The notes under the pieces were generated by a model, which made no database searches, was not told where the DNA came from, and saw only the letters and a list, made by a program, of their open reading frames with translations. From positions 91,456-155,455 of the forward strand of contig ADNK01001279.1 in the NCBI GenBank assembly GCA_000320545.1: DNA of 64,000 bases, read 5' to 3'. Position 1 is the first letter of the stretch. Every line of letters begins with the position of its first letter. This document shows, piece by piece, positions 24,946-36,699 of the stretch. The position numbers and the translations under genes were made by a program. Source of the DNA: Bigelowiella natans CCMP2755. Its lineage: Eukaryota > Protista > Cercozoa.

Positions 24946-26328
24946 ATGCTATCTAATAAAACAAAAGCGACGGTGAAGAAAATTCCTTTATTGAAAGTTC
25001 GTGCTGGCCCACGAGACAAAGAGGCTTGGGGCAACAGATTGAAGGAGGAGCTCAAAGCAATGATTACGGTATTAGTGGTAACAAAACACTTAAAAAGATC
25101 CTGCCACATGGATGTCCTACAAAAAGAAACACATATGTGAACAAATATTTGCAAGAAATTCTGATCACCAATTGACGCAAACGCCAGTGATGATTGATAC
25201 GCAATGATGGCAAATGATGATGATCATGGACAAATGCGAAAGCTATATCTCGTTCGCATTATCCAACTTTCGTTCTGATTCTTGCAACGTGTTCAATGGC
25301 AGTACGTTAACAACAACAAGGAAAATGACAACGATTGGTTTTTCATAACTCCAAATGCGGATGGAACACAGTATGCTGATTAAGTAAACTTATTGTGGTA
25401 GATCATGACTTCATCATCAATTTACTTCGGAGCTAACTACGCCTTGGATTAACTGTTACTCGACATTGCTTTCACTACTATGTGTAAACAGCTTCTCAAG
25501 CAAGCTTTTGTTACGTTGGCTCCTTATAAAACTCTATTATTCAGATGGTCAGGCAAGTGCTGGGTATATCATGAAATGCAAAAGTATGAATTTCAATTTA
25601 ACTTCGAGGTATTTACATCTTCTTTTACTTTCCTCCGTTATTTTCATGAGAGTTAATCATTTCCCTTGTTATCGATTGATATCTTTAGATACCAATCACA
25701 TATCCAGTGACGCCATTTGAGATCGTACTTCCAGAGTTAGATGGAAAGACTGTGAAAATGTACAGGTAGTAGTACTTGAACCCTTCTTTGCAGGAGTATC
25801 ACTTCGGGTGAAAAAAAACGACAATACAATTTTGTGGTGGTGGTCATGATGATGATTATATTTACGATATTTAAGATGATGGCAGAGTCTAATTTGGACA
25901 TAAGTATGCTTTCTTGAAACATGGAAAATTTCATCAGAATATTTCATTTATTAAAAGAAGAGTGTCAGAACATGTGACTTGCTTGCTATCCGCTATTACT
26001 GCTATACTACAGGGGAGGTAAAATATGCCTTTCAGCCCATTTCAAACCTCTTTGGTCAAAAAATGTTCCCCGTTTCGGCGTAGCCCATGCTCTGGCATTG
26101 GGGGTTGGTTGCACAACACTAAATCGCTCATCAATACCACAAAATACAAATCATACTTCCTCACTAACTGTTAGTACCAGAAGCGATTAATTTCTTCTTT
26201 CCTCATACCTGAGTCACTCTCTATTTGCTATTGTGCAGCTGGCCCCCTGGTTGGCAGCTGAGGTCCCAAACTTAGTGGATGCAAAGCTAATTCTACCAAA
26301 AACTGAGCAGAAATCAGTAAAAACTTGA
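24946..26328 (+). CDS. UFC1: Ubiquitin-fold modifier-conjugating enzyme 1 (UFM1 E2), 6 exons
   Basis: Spliced: [41 protein letters not shown]|[22 protein letters not shown]|[22 protein letters not shown]|[25 protein letters not shown]|[31 protein letters not shown]|[13 protein letters not shown]...*. The catalytic Cys is in GKICL. Confidence 0.97.
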
Positions 26329-26464
26329 TAATATAGGCGAGCCATTTGCATATTCACTTTATTCACGTGCGAAAGATCAGATCAGAATGATCTCTCAGAA
26401 ATCGCGCATTTGAACCAGTTACACTACCACTGCTTCATATCATTATCCTGGAGTTGCTAGTGAT

Positions 26465-26521
26465 TATGAGACGGATGTAATGAAATGATTACAATTTTTC
26501 AATAGCCATCCTAACGTAGCT
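26465..26521 (-). repeat. Least-mutated copy of the ~60-bp dispersed motif
   Basis: The reverse complement reads AGCTACGTTAGGATGGCTATTGAAAAATTGTAATCATTTCATTACATCCGTCTCATA and keeps all its TA sites. Confidence 0.75.
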
Positions 26522-26987
26522 ATGCGAAGAGGCGGTTAAAGCTAGTGATTATAGATCCTATACAATGGGCTATGTACTGCGTGATAGATCGTACGATCAA
26601 TGAGTGCTGGCGCCTTAACGCACCAATCTTCATGCATATGTCAGATGCTATGGTACGTGACACGTACCTAAGTCGACGGCAGCGCGCGTCAAATGCTCAG
26701 TTTTTGTTTGAAACGCTTAGCTCATCCTATATCTACTCGTTCAGAATGTAGCAACGTACGATACGCGCGTGTATGTGTATTAAATGCAAAGTCACGTGCT
26801 AGCTAACCTCTTCCGTGACTAAATAGAGGTACATCTTAGTCGCTATGGCATGATACGCCGTACTGTGATGATATTTGTAGGATCGATGATTACGGTAGGT
26901 GGCACGTGTGGTTAAGTACAAGCAAGCGTTGCTGGCTCGAACAAGTAGTACTTCGTTTTAGGACACAGAATAATAGCCTCCATCATA

Positions 26988-27690
26988 TTATCGTGAAGCT
27001 AAGACCTCTGCCGCATTCGCAAAGTCATCCACATGCTGCGAAGTCATTCCAGATCAGCAATTATTTTCAAATAGATTAGAGAGTAGAATTTTTTTATGGT
27101 ATCACCTCCACTACTTCATGGTTTCCACCAGTAGAAGCTTGAATTTCTTTGTGATATTTTATCTCAATCACACCTTTTTCGGACACTGGAACCTCCTGTG
27201 ATGTGTAAAAAGATATCCAAATATGTAAAAATTTGGCGAGAATCGATGCATTCCGACGTAAATACCTGTCCAACTCCTGCATCCACAATGGTGCTCTCAT
27301 TGTCACGTAGTTCCACCCTCCGGGGCATAAGCTACAATTAAAATTACAACACTGATCAAAGCAGTTAATCTGCACGAATTTTCTTTAATGCGATTCTTAC
27401 GCGTATCTTCCCTATTTGTGGTAAGGGCCCTGATCGTTTTCTTCTCCTGATAAATGTATATACATGTTGACTATATTGACAATTACAATACCCAAAACTT
27501 GCAGACCTTGGTTTCTTTGGCATAAAGAGGAAATCCAATTTATCGTGTACAATCTGAAGTTAGAAAATGCTGCATCAATCAACAAAGCGGTGGAGTAATG
27601 CACGTACACATACCTCTTCACGAGTAGCGTTGTACAAATTCTTCAGCATGAACTCTTGATGTATCTGTAATAATACGAACCATAACTGCC

Positions 27691-27723
<33 letters not shown>

Positions 27724-28694
27724 ATAGCAGTAGCAGTAGCAGTAGCAGTAGTAGTAGTAGACCAGTAGTACACGTGCATCTTCTCACCCTGGACTTCCGA
27801 TCGAACTCTTCCTGTTCTTTCTCTCGCCGTGTCCTCTCTCCAGGAACAGTGGAAGGTTTTTGTATCTGTTGGAATGAACATCACTAATAGCGTTCTGATG
27901 TGTGGAATTATGCTTTGAAGACAAAAAAGTTACTACTACATTGTCAGATACGTTCTGTCGTGGATACCAGAGAGAACCGTATTGCATTTGAAGCTCGAGG
28001 TTGTACTTCTGCCAATATGGTGGATCAGGGTCTGGCGACTCCAAACCTGCAGCAATACGGGCTGGATGCTTTTTTGAAGGAGGCGGGAATAAGTGTGGGT
28101 ATAGACGTCTCTCGAGTATTCGCTGAGTAGGATGTAATAGGAAACAAACACTTTTAAGATCACAAACGCACGAACCGTCACCCATATTCATTTCGCGGCT
28201 TTCATGCAGATGTAGCTGTATGCCAGGCAAAAAGCTTTGTTGAACAGGACAAACCTGGAGCTCCATCTGCCTTTCCAAGTACCAGCCTAAAGAAGGAAAT
28301 GAATCAAACGATCATCTTCATTCAGAAGTGGTGGTGCCTTTAGAAACTAGTGCTGCTGCTGCTGCTGCTGTTACTTACGCTGGAAGTTCGGGTCAAGCCA
28401 CCGCCCACTATTTCTTCGTTTTCTTCGCTTTGACCTGACCGAAAGTGCCCCTCCTCGCAGATTTTGAAGTTGGCAGCGAGTGTGCGAAGAGACTTGGTTT
28501 CTCCTTCCCAGATACGAATCCCCTGATAAATAATACCAGCAGCATTTGAGAGTTGCAGCCATATACATAAGAAATTCAACTCCATTGTCACCATTTCTGT
28601 GCTCCGCAGCAGATATCATAGCAGGATTGACTGATGAAATCATCACCATCAAATTTGCCGATATGAGTAAGCCTGCTGCTGTGTAAACGATCAT
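26988..28694 (-). CDS. Hypothetical protein with a bipartite (signal + transit, 'LRGG') presequence, multi-exon
   Basis: Hydrophobic N-terminus MIVYTAAGLLISANLMVMISS..., then a basic segment 'LQNLRGGALSVRSKRRKRR'. Downstream exons include RILERRLYPHLFPPP...YGSLWYPRQN, MPGGWNYVTMRAPLWMQELD, EVPVSEKGVIEIKYHKEI and ...DDFANAAEVLASR*. Confidence 0.55.
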
Positions 28695-29166
28695 TTCTTG
28701 GCAGCAAGACTACTCGTTGCACCCTTTGGACTAATTCCTCACGTCGTTCCTAGGTGCCATCGTAGCACCCGCCCTAATGAAGCTACTGTCAGAAGGATAT
28801 TGCTAGCATGTAATCATATGATTCATCATCATCATCATCATCATCTCATCATCATCATCATCTCATCATCATCATTCCTCACTCTTCGCTGGATCGCATA
28901 GCAGGGAAGGAAAGCGCTAATTTATCGCTCGGTTCCGCAGATTTGTAGAACAATTTCTGTACTTAATACTTCGAAACATATAAGCACTGTGCTCATCAGT
29001 TCCTATGCGTGGAAAATTTCAAGGCGACATATTAAAAATCATTGATATTGTGTAATTATCTGAATATTTTTATCCAAAACCTGCAGAGAATCTCTCCTGG
29101 AGAGGAACGAATTGAACGGAGGTACCGGAAACAACCGAGTTGCGCTCTCCTTGCAGCCCCTCGACG

Positions 29167-29247
29167 ATGATCAATGCCGGTCATCGCAATAATGGCTTTG
29201 GCACATCATCATCATCATCATCATCATCATCATTATTATCATCACCA

Positions 29248-29278
<31 letters not shown>

Positions 29279-30336
29279 TATGCGAGAAGAGCCGAAAGGG
29301 ACTTGCAGGAGCGTTCCACCCGTTAATTATTATGATGCTTATGACCGCCGCCATAGTTTTCATCGCATTTGCGAGCAGTGACGTCACAAATACGCTTGGA
29401 GGAAGCTATATTAAAAGCATTAAGCCATCCTGTTTGCTTAGAAGCACATTGTCATCATCAGCAGCAGCACCACCACCACCATCACGGACGCATATCATAA
29501 CGAGACTGAGAAGGAGTTGCTTCAAATGTCCGCTGTCGTTGATGCATACTGCGTTGTCATCGAATCCCACTGCTTACACGTATGGGAGGGTTAGGAAAGA
29601 TGGCTACGTGAACGTGTTAACATCAGTCAGATCATCAGCAGGACAACGTGATGAATCTGCATCCAGCCAATACAATAGCAACAGCACCAACAAAAGTGAG
29701 GTGGGAGATCAAGAAGATGGAAAAAAGAGAAAAGGAGATATTTTAGACTCCATGATTGAATCGTTCCAGAAAACAGGGGAGTTTAAGCGTGATGACAACG
29801 ATGATGACCCCGAACACCGGCAACTCATTGATTCGATGTTCTTAGAGGTAGCAATAGTAGTAGTAGGAGAAGAAGTGCTAGTTAGTAGTAGTAGCAGCAG
29901 TAGCAGTAGCAATAGTAGGGTTTTATTTAAAAAAAATGTTGGTGGTTTGTGATAAGTCTAGAACCAAAACATTTAGAAGAATTATCACCACCATCACCAC
30001 CACCACCGCTGCCATCATCACCGCCATCGTCGTCATCGTCGTTGTGAATATAATGATCATAGGCAAACAATCTTCATGAGGAGGAGGACCACGAAGCTGC
30101 AATCGAGCTCTATCAGAAAGTGAATAATTACCGTATCTTAACATATCTTTGTACTTCAAATTTATGTCTCATTTAATATATTCATTTCTTGTTTCTATCT
30201 TGCCATCTCTTACTCTCTCTCTCTCTCTCTCTCTCCCCTCCCCTCCTCTCTCTATGAAATGATATTACTCGCTGAATGATGCAGATAATAGATATGGAAC
30301 CTGAATTCAACAAAGAAGCTCTGCTCAACATGGTAT

Positions 30337-30372
<36 letters not shown>

Positions 30373-31008
30373 AAATAATAATCCCAATGAATAATGATGA
30401 TATCTTTCTTATACTCTTAGACTAGGTTCTCCCAAATATGGAAATCACAATACACGCGAACTACTTTTGTAGCATGATCATCATTATCATCAACATCATC
30501 AGCATCCTCCTCTTCTTCTTCATGATGATGATGAGTATATTGTTAGGCCTTGTGCTATTCAGATATGGGAGAAGTAGACGCAGCGGTATGTAGTATATCC
30601 CACACTTCACATATGCTTTTCTTTATTTTTAAACTTGTAATAGTAGTAGTAGCAGCAGCAGTCTTATTTTTAGAATTAAATATCGGTAGTACAGTATCAG
30701 CGTAAATTCATCATCTTACTTTACCCACAACCTACAATTGCACGTAGTATTTGAGGAAGAAGAAACAGAGAAATCGTATGATAGAATCAAATGCATGACA
30801 TGGGTTGTCGCAGTCGCTCAAATATCATCAGCAAACAGCCGTACCACTATATGTAATTTATTATTATTATTATTATTGTTATTATTATCTTAGTTGGACA
30901 TTTACGAAAGATGTTGCGAGGAGAACCCATCATACGCAACTGCATTTTACAACAAGGGGTGGGTCATTTTGCGTGCTAGTGGGCAATCTTCTAATACATG
31001 GACGTGAA

Positions 31009-31042
<34 letters not shown>

Positions 31043-31812
31043 GTAAAATGAACAGCTCCAACCCGATGTTTAGGTTGTTATTGGAGGACGTTGGAAGACA
31101 TCAAAATGCTCTAGACGCATTCAAACTAGTATGACGATGAATGATAATGATAATTAATATGATAATGATGATGATGATGATCACGACGACGGTGGTGGTG
31201 GTGGTGGTAGACGCGATTCTTCTTCTTCTTCTTTACTTCTATTTGTGCTTTTGAAGGTGCTTTGTATCTAAGCATGGAATACACTGCGTTATGTTGTTTG
31301 ATGTAGGCATCACAGCTGACATCTCAGAAAGCTAAGGACACCCAGGCCACTTATTTCTATAGCATGGTGTTCTCCACCATATCATATCATATCACATACC
31401 ACATCATTCGAATTAATACCGTGATATCATATCATATCATACAAATTAAAACCTAGCCATGGGATGGTTTTGGAGGTTGTTCGCTTACGTCAAGAAAGAA
31501 TAACAAAGCGTGGAAGTAGACAGCTGCTGATGAGTGCTGTTAAACGCACTACAATTTCTACAATTTTATATTTTTGGAGAGCTGCTATATGTTAGTATAA
31601 TCCTATATTTTTGAAGAGCTGCAACCAACCGATGCTGTCGTTCATGAATATCAAATAATAGATAGTAAAAATACTATTGGGTTGTACCTTTTATTGATTC
31701 TTTTAAATTGAAATGGTGCTGAATTGGTGCTACTGGTGTTGCTACAGGGAGTAAGCTACGACAGTCTAGGAGATAAAAGAAAGGCCCTCAAGATGTATGA
31801 TATGGTAACTCA

Positions 31813-31845
<33 letters not shown>

Positions 31846-32913
31846 CAGTAGGAGATGATGATATATCTCATTTTCTTCTTCTTCTTCTTCTTCTTCTTCT
31901 TCTTCTTCTTCTGCTTCTTCCTCTTCAGGCTATCGAACTTGCCCCGGATGATCCTGATGTATGGCTAAATAGAGGACAAGTAACACTCACCATCATCATC
32001 ACCACCACCACCACCACCACCACCACCACCACCACAATAATAATAATAATAGTGATAGCAATGATTATGTATATCCTACCACTGGTTCCATCCCACCGAG
32101 GATTTGAAACAAGCTGCTGATAAGCACGTACAAATGCACACACACACACACACATTAGCATTCAAAGTCACACGTGCATCATCATAATACACACAAAGGT
32201 ACTTGCTGATAGTGGTAAATTGGAAGAGGCAATAAAGTCTTACAAAGAGGTATTAATATTTTTGTTTGCCTCTGGCATGTGATACCTGCTCTTGTGTGGC
32301 TGTGATTCCTCTTCTTCTTCGTCATCATCATCTTATTCTTCTTTGCCATCAATCCAATTTATCAACAATAAGCGAAATCATCATCATGATCATCCTTTCA
32401 GTTGCATCACGATCAACATAGCATTATGTGCTTCTAACGTAATTCCAGGCATTGGAATGCAGCAATCAGCAGGATGCTTTTGCATGGTGATGATGAGATA
32501 GTCATCGTCGATCGTTGTCCTCCTCCCACTACTACCCTCATATGAACAATAATCATAAAACCTCAACCCCTTCTTCCGTTGAAGGGCAGAAACAGTAAAG
32601 AGTACTGGTTGGATGTTCTTCAGGTACAATCTTGGTGTTGCTTATGCTTCTTCTCCCAATCCACAAATGATGGATGAAGCAAGGTACTTCTACTATACAC
32701 CTAGTAACATCGTTAAATTCTGTGAATTAGCTGCTCTTAGCTACTACTACTACTACCTACACGATATATGCACATCCATTGTCGTTTGTGGTGAGCGAGT
32801 GAGGAGAATGATGTGTGGCTTCTACTAAGTAAGATCTGCTCATTCTTCATCATCATAACATTCTTCTTCTTCTTCTTCGTCGCTTAAACCCCTTTTGCCA
32901 CTACTACTACTAT

Positions 32914-32948
<35 letters not shown>

Positions 32949-33260
32949 TGATCATGTTGATGTCTTTCTCTTCTACTACCAGACGGTGCCTTGTTCGTTG
33001 TAATGAGCTGGACAACGATGCTGTTAGAGCTTCCTTCTCTAACTTTATTTACGGGTCTTTTTCTTGTAATGTTATGTCATATATGTCATGGGAGAGGTGA
33101 TGATGGAGGAGGAGGAGAAGGAGAAGGTGTTGGTCTCATTATTATGATTATGAGTATATCGTGACATTGCTTTCATTCGAAACACTACCTACCACTATCA
33201 TACAAAGATGATGTCGTGAGTGAGCTTGCTCCCTCCCTTTGTTTCTCATTAGAATTAGCC

Positions 33261-33291
<31 letters not shown>

Positions 33292-33987
33292 CTTCTTCGT
33301 CATGGCATCATTTTGAATGATGTGCCAACAATTATTTTTATCTACTGATACAAACAATAGAGGGGAGATATTTGTGGAGCGATTAAATGAAGAAAGAAGA
33401 TATGCTCTCGCTGTTTTCGAAAATTTCACATCTAATGGGATGGCATTTGAACAAGGTTATAGTTTATCCTCATTATTATCATACTACATATATGATGCTT
33501 GTGTACCAAGGAGGGAAGTTGTGCTGGATTTCTACCGAAAACATCAGCATGAAGGAACATCTATAGCATTAATAAATATGTATTATTATATAGATAAATG
33601 GGGGACATTGATGGACGTTTGGCTTGAGCTACGTGGGGTTGAAGAAGACATCGAATGGATGATTCAAAGATTCAATGATTCACGTGGCCTAAATCAGGTA
33701 GTAGTAGTAGTATCAGTAATAGTCGTCGTCAAAGGATAATAGAAGCATATGAGTAGATAATGATAAATCATAGCTGAGATGTTGCGACAAATAAAAGGAG
33801 TTAAGATCACAGCAGTGGCATTAAAAACAACACATAGCACTCACATAAGGGGGAGGAGGAGGAAGATTACATTATAGCAGTCGCAGTAGTAGAATTCCAA
33901 AAAATTAAATTATATCTTAAAGTTGCTCTTTTTATGCAATGTGATGGCATCGTGCATTGAGTCGTTCATCATCAATAACAATCGTTA

Positions 33988-34033
<46 letters not shown>

Positions 34034-35148
34034 GACTAATGCTGCTGCTTCATCAACTAGATGGCCTATGGCTCTACTTGGCTTGAGTCTCACGTGGTGA
34101 GATGTAGTAGTAGTAGAAGTAGTAGATTAAGCTATTTCTTTTGCTGTTTCTTAGGATAATTCGTAGTACTCGATATACTGCTTATACTGCCACCAACGCT
34201 GTTTTTACATATTCCACATGTTAAGAAACAAATATACAATTCATATTCTTTTTCTTTTCTTTTCTTTTTGTAAACAACGACCTTTATCCTTTTGCGCACG
34301 CGAACGAGTATTATTCAGCATGTATTGCCATGGTTCTTCTCTCAGAAAATCAAGGAGGCCATACTTGATGTTGAATCGTCTGTTGGGGATGAGTTGCAAT
34401 GCAATGGTGTGGATCTCGTTGTGTTGGGATCGAGGTAGGTATTAGAAGGAGTACTGGTATGTTTCTTTGTGGATGGGTGGGTGGGAAAGCACCCCACTTT
34501 TAAGATCCCCGACAAATATTACTTCACTTCACACGACGATCGATTTATATGATAACACAAAAAATGATTTTATTGCCTAGTTTTATAATTCATTTGATTC
34601 TTATTTCAGTTTGGGCTGGCAATGCTTCTTTGGTAATCTATGGATGATGGACTTTGGTGAAGAAGGAAAAGAAGAAGAAAAGGGAGGAGGACGTTGTGTT
34701 GGCTATGAGATTCTAGGCTCTCAAGTCAGCACTGCCCAAAAGGTATTATTATTAGTAGTAGTAGTAGTAGTAGTAGTAGCAGCACACAACAAATGTTAAT
34801 TAGGATGATGTTTATGAGACGATGATGATGATCATGACGGGAAGAGAATTTTCCGTATTATTATTTGGACGAATTTCGTACAACTGTTACTACTACTACA
34901 AGTACTACTACTATTGCTATTACTACCACATGCTACTACCAGTGCTGCTATTGCTAGCTGAGTTACGAATCAAATGTACTGCTATATATTAGTGCCTTGT
35001 GAGATCATTTTAGTAATTTACATATTGTGTGAGGTGTTATTACTAGACACGTAACATATTCATCATTAAACCGCCGTCTAAACTTTATCGAGGGAGAACA
35101 AACAAGAGAATTCATATTCTTCTCGAGCGTAAATTTACTTACATTTAT

Positions 35149-35225
<77 letters not shown>

Positions 35226-35616
35226 CGAAAAGGTGGCTGAGAAGTTTGGTCTTAAAGATAGCATTACATTCGTGCAAGAGGATGCTCGGAAGTAAGTACT
35301 AAAGGAGAGTATTCAGAATCAATTTTTCATACAGAGCGAATACTACTCGATTGTTTATTTAACAATGAATGAATTGCCACCAGATATTAACTGTTACTTT
35401 TCTGTACATACGAATACTGTGCTGCAGGCAATGTATGCCTCCTTCAGTGCCAATACTTCCCTCCCACCCTCTCTCCCCTCTCCTCCTCCCAGTATTCTCT
35501 AATCATCTTAATGCCGTGATATTAATTATAAAACAGAGCGGATTTCTCGAATGCAAAGCTCATCTGGTTAAACACATATGCTTGGCCTCAAGATGTAGAG
35601 TTGTAGTAGTAATAGT

Positions 35617-35657
<41 letters not shown>

Positions 35658-35919
35658 GTGTGTGTGTGCGTGTGTGTGTGTGTGTGTATAAATATATTAT
35701 AAGTTCCTACATGCATACTAATGTGCAAATATCAAGTAAATAGAGGATGATATAACAACTCGCAGTTAGTAGATGATGTTAGCGTATGATACTGCCAGCC
35801 AATGATGCATGCTCTCTTCATGAAGATAGGAAGATAGAGAGAGAATCTATATAATGTAAGCATGCAGTGAAGACATGAAGGTTCAGGCTTTGGTTTTATC
35901 ATTCTATCATCCTCCTTAG

Positions 35920-35959
<40 letters not shown>

Positions 35960-36287
35960 CAGTTAAAGGATGAGATTCTTGCAAAGATATCTAGTGAAGC
36001 ACCAGCAAACGCCATGGTGATAAGAAGAAGCATATTGTATACCAACCAGCACTTTTTCCTTTCTCCCTCAATCACCGTCGTTTTGAATATTGTCAATGAA
36101 ACTCTTTATTCCACTCAACTAAATTCATTTGTTGTGATGTCAATGATTATGTGTGATTAACTCAACTTCACTGATGATGATATGTTTTGTGTATTATGAC
36201 GATAAAGGTATTAAGTTATGATCCTATAAACTCGGCTGAAGCATCAACAACAGATCATAACAACAACCTATTTCGGTACTAGACTGT

Positions 36288-36328
<41 letters not shown>

Positions 36329-36350
36329 TTTATTTATTTATACGTATATA

Positions 36351-36390
<40 letters not shown>

Positions 36391-36642
36391 TTCAGCTTTT
36401 TGCAAGTTTAAAGTCATCTATATTTTTCATGAAGATTACTTTCAATTTTTGATTTACTAATCAAAGTGGAAGCAAAAGTTGGTAACTTTCTTCTTCTCCT
36501 CCTCCTCCTTGTTCTTCTTCTTCTTCTTCTTCTTCTTCTTCTTCTTCGTCTTCCTTGCACCCACAGGCTTGAAGCTCAAGTCGACATAGAAACCACATGG
36601 GATCCCCAGATCAAGGCCCACATCTACCGTGTAACGAAATAA
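29167..36642 (+). CDS. TPR-repeat protein fused to a DOT1-like class I SAM-dependent methyltransferase, with a bipartite presequence; many exons
   Basis: The N-terminus has a hydrophobic stretch (PLIIMMLMTAAIVFIAFA) followed by an S/R-rich region. TPR exons: GVSYDSLGDKRKALKMYDM|AIELAPDDPDVWLNRGQ|VLADSGKLEEAIKSYKE|...AW|YNLGVAY. Methyltransferase motifs in order: MAYGSTWLES, LVVLGS-LGWQCFF, CVGYEIL, ADFSNAKLIWLNTYAW, LKDEILAKISSEAPANAM|VLSY, IETTWDPQIKAHIYRVTK*. Confidence 0.75.
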
Positions 36643-36699
36643 TAATAGGTTTTGTGATGGGATGTAGCATGTCGCGCGTGCTGCTAGACTAGAATAGGG

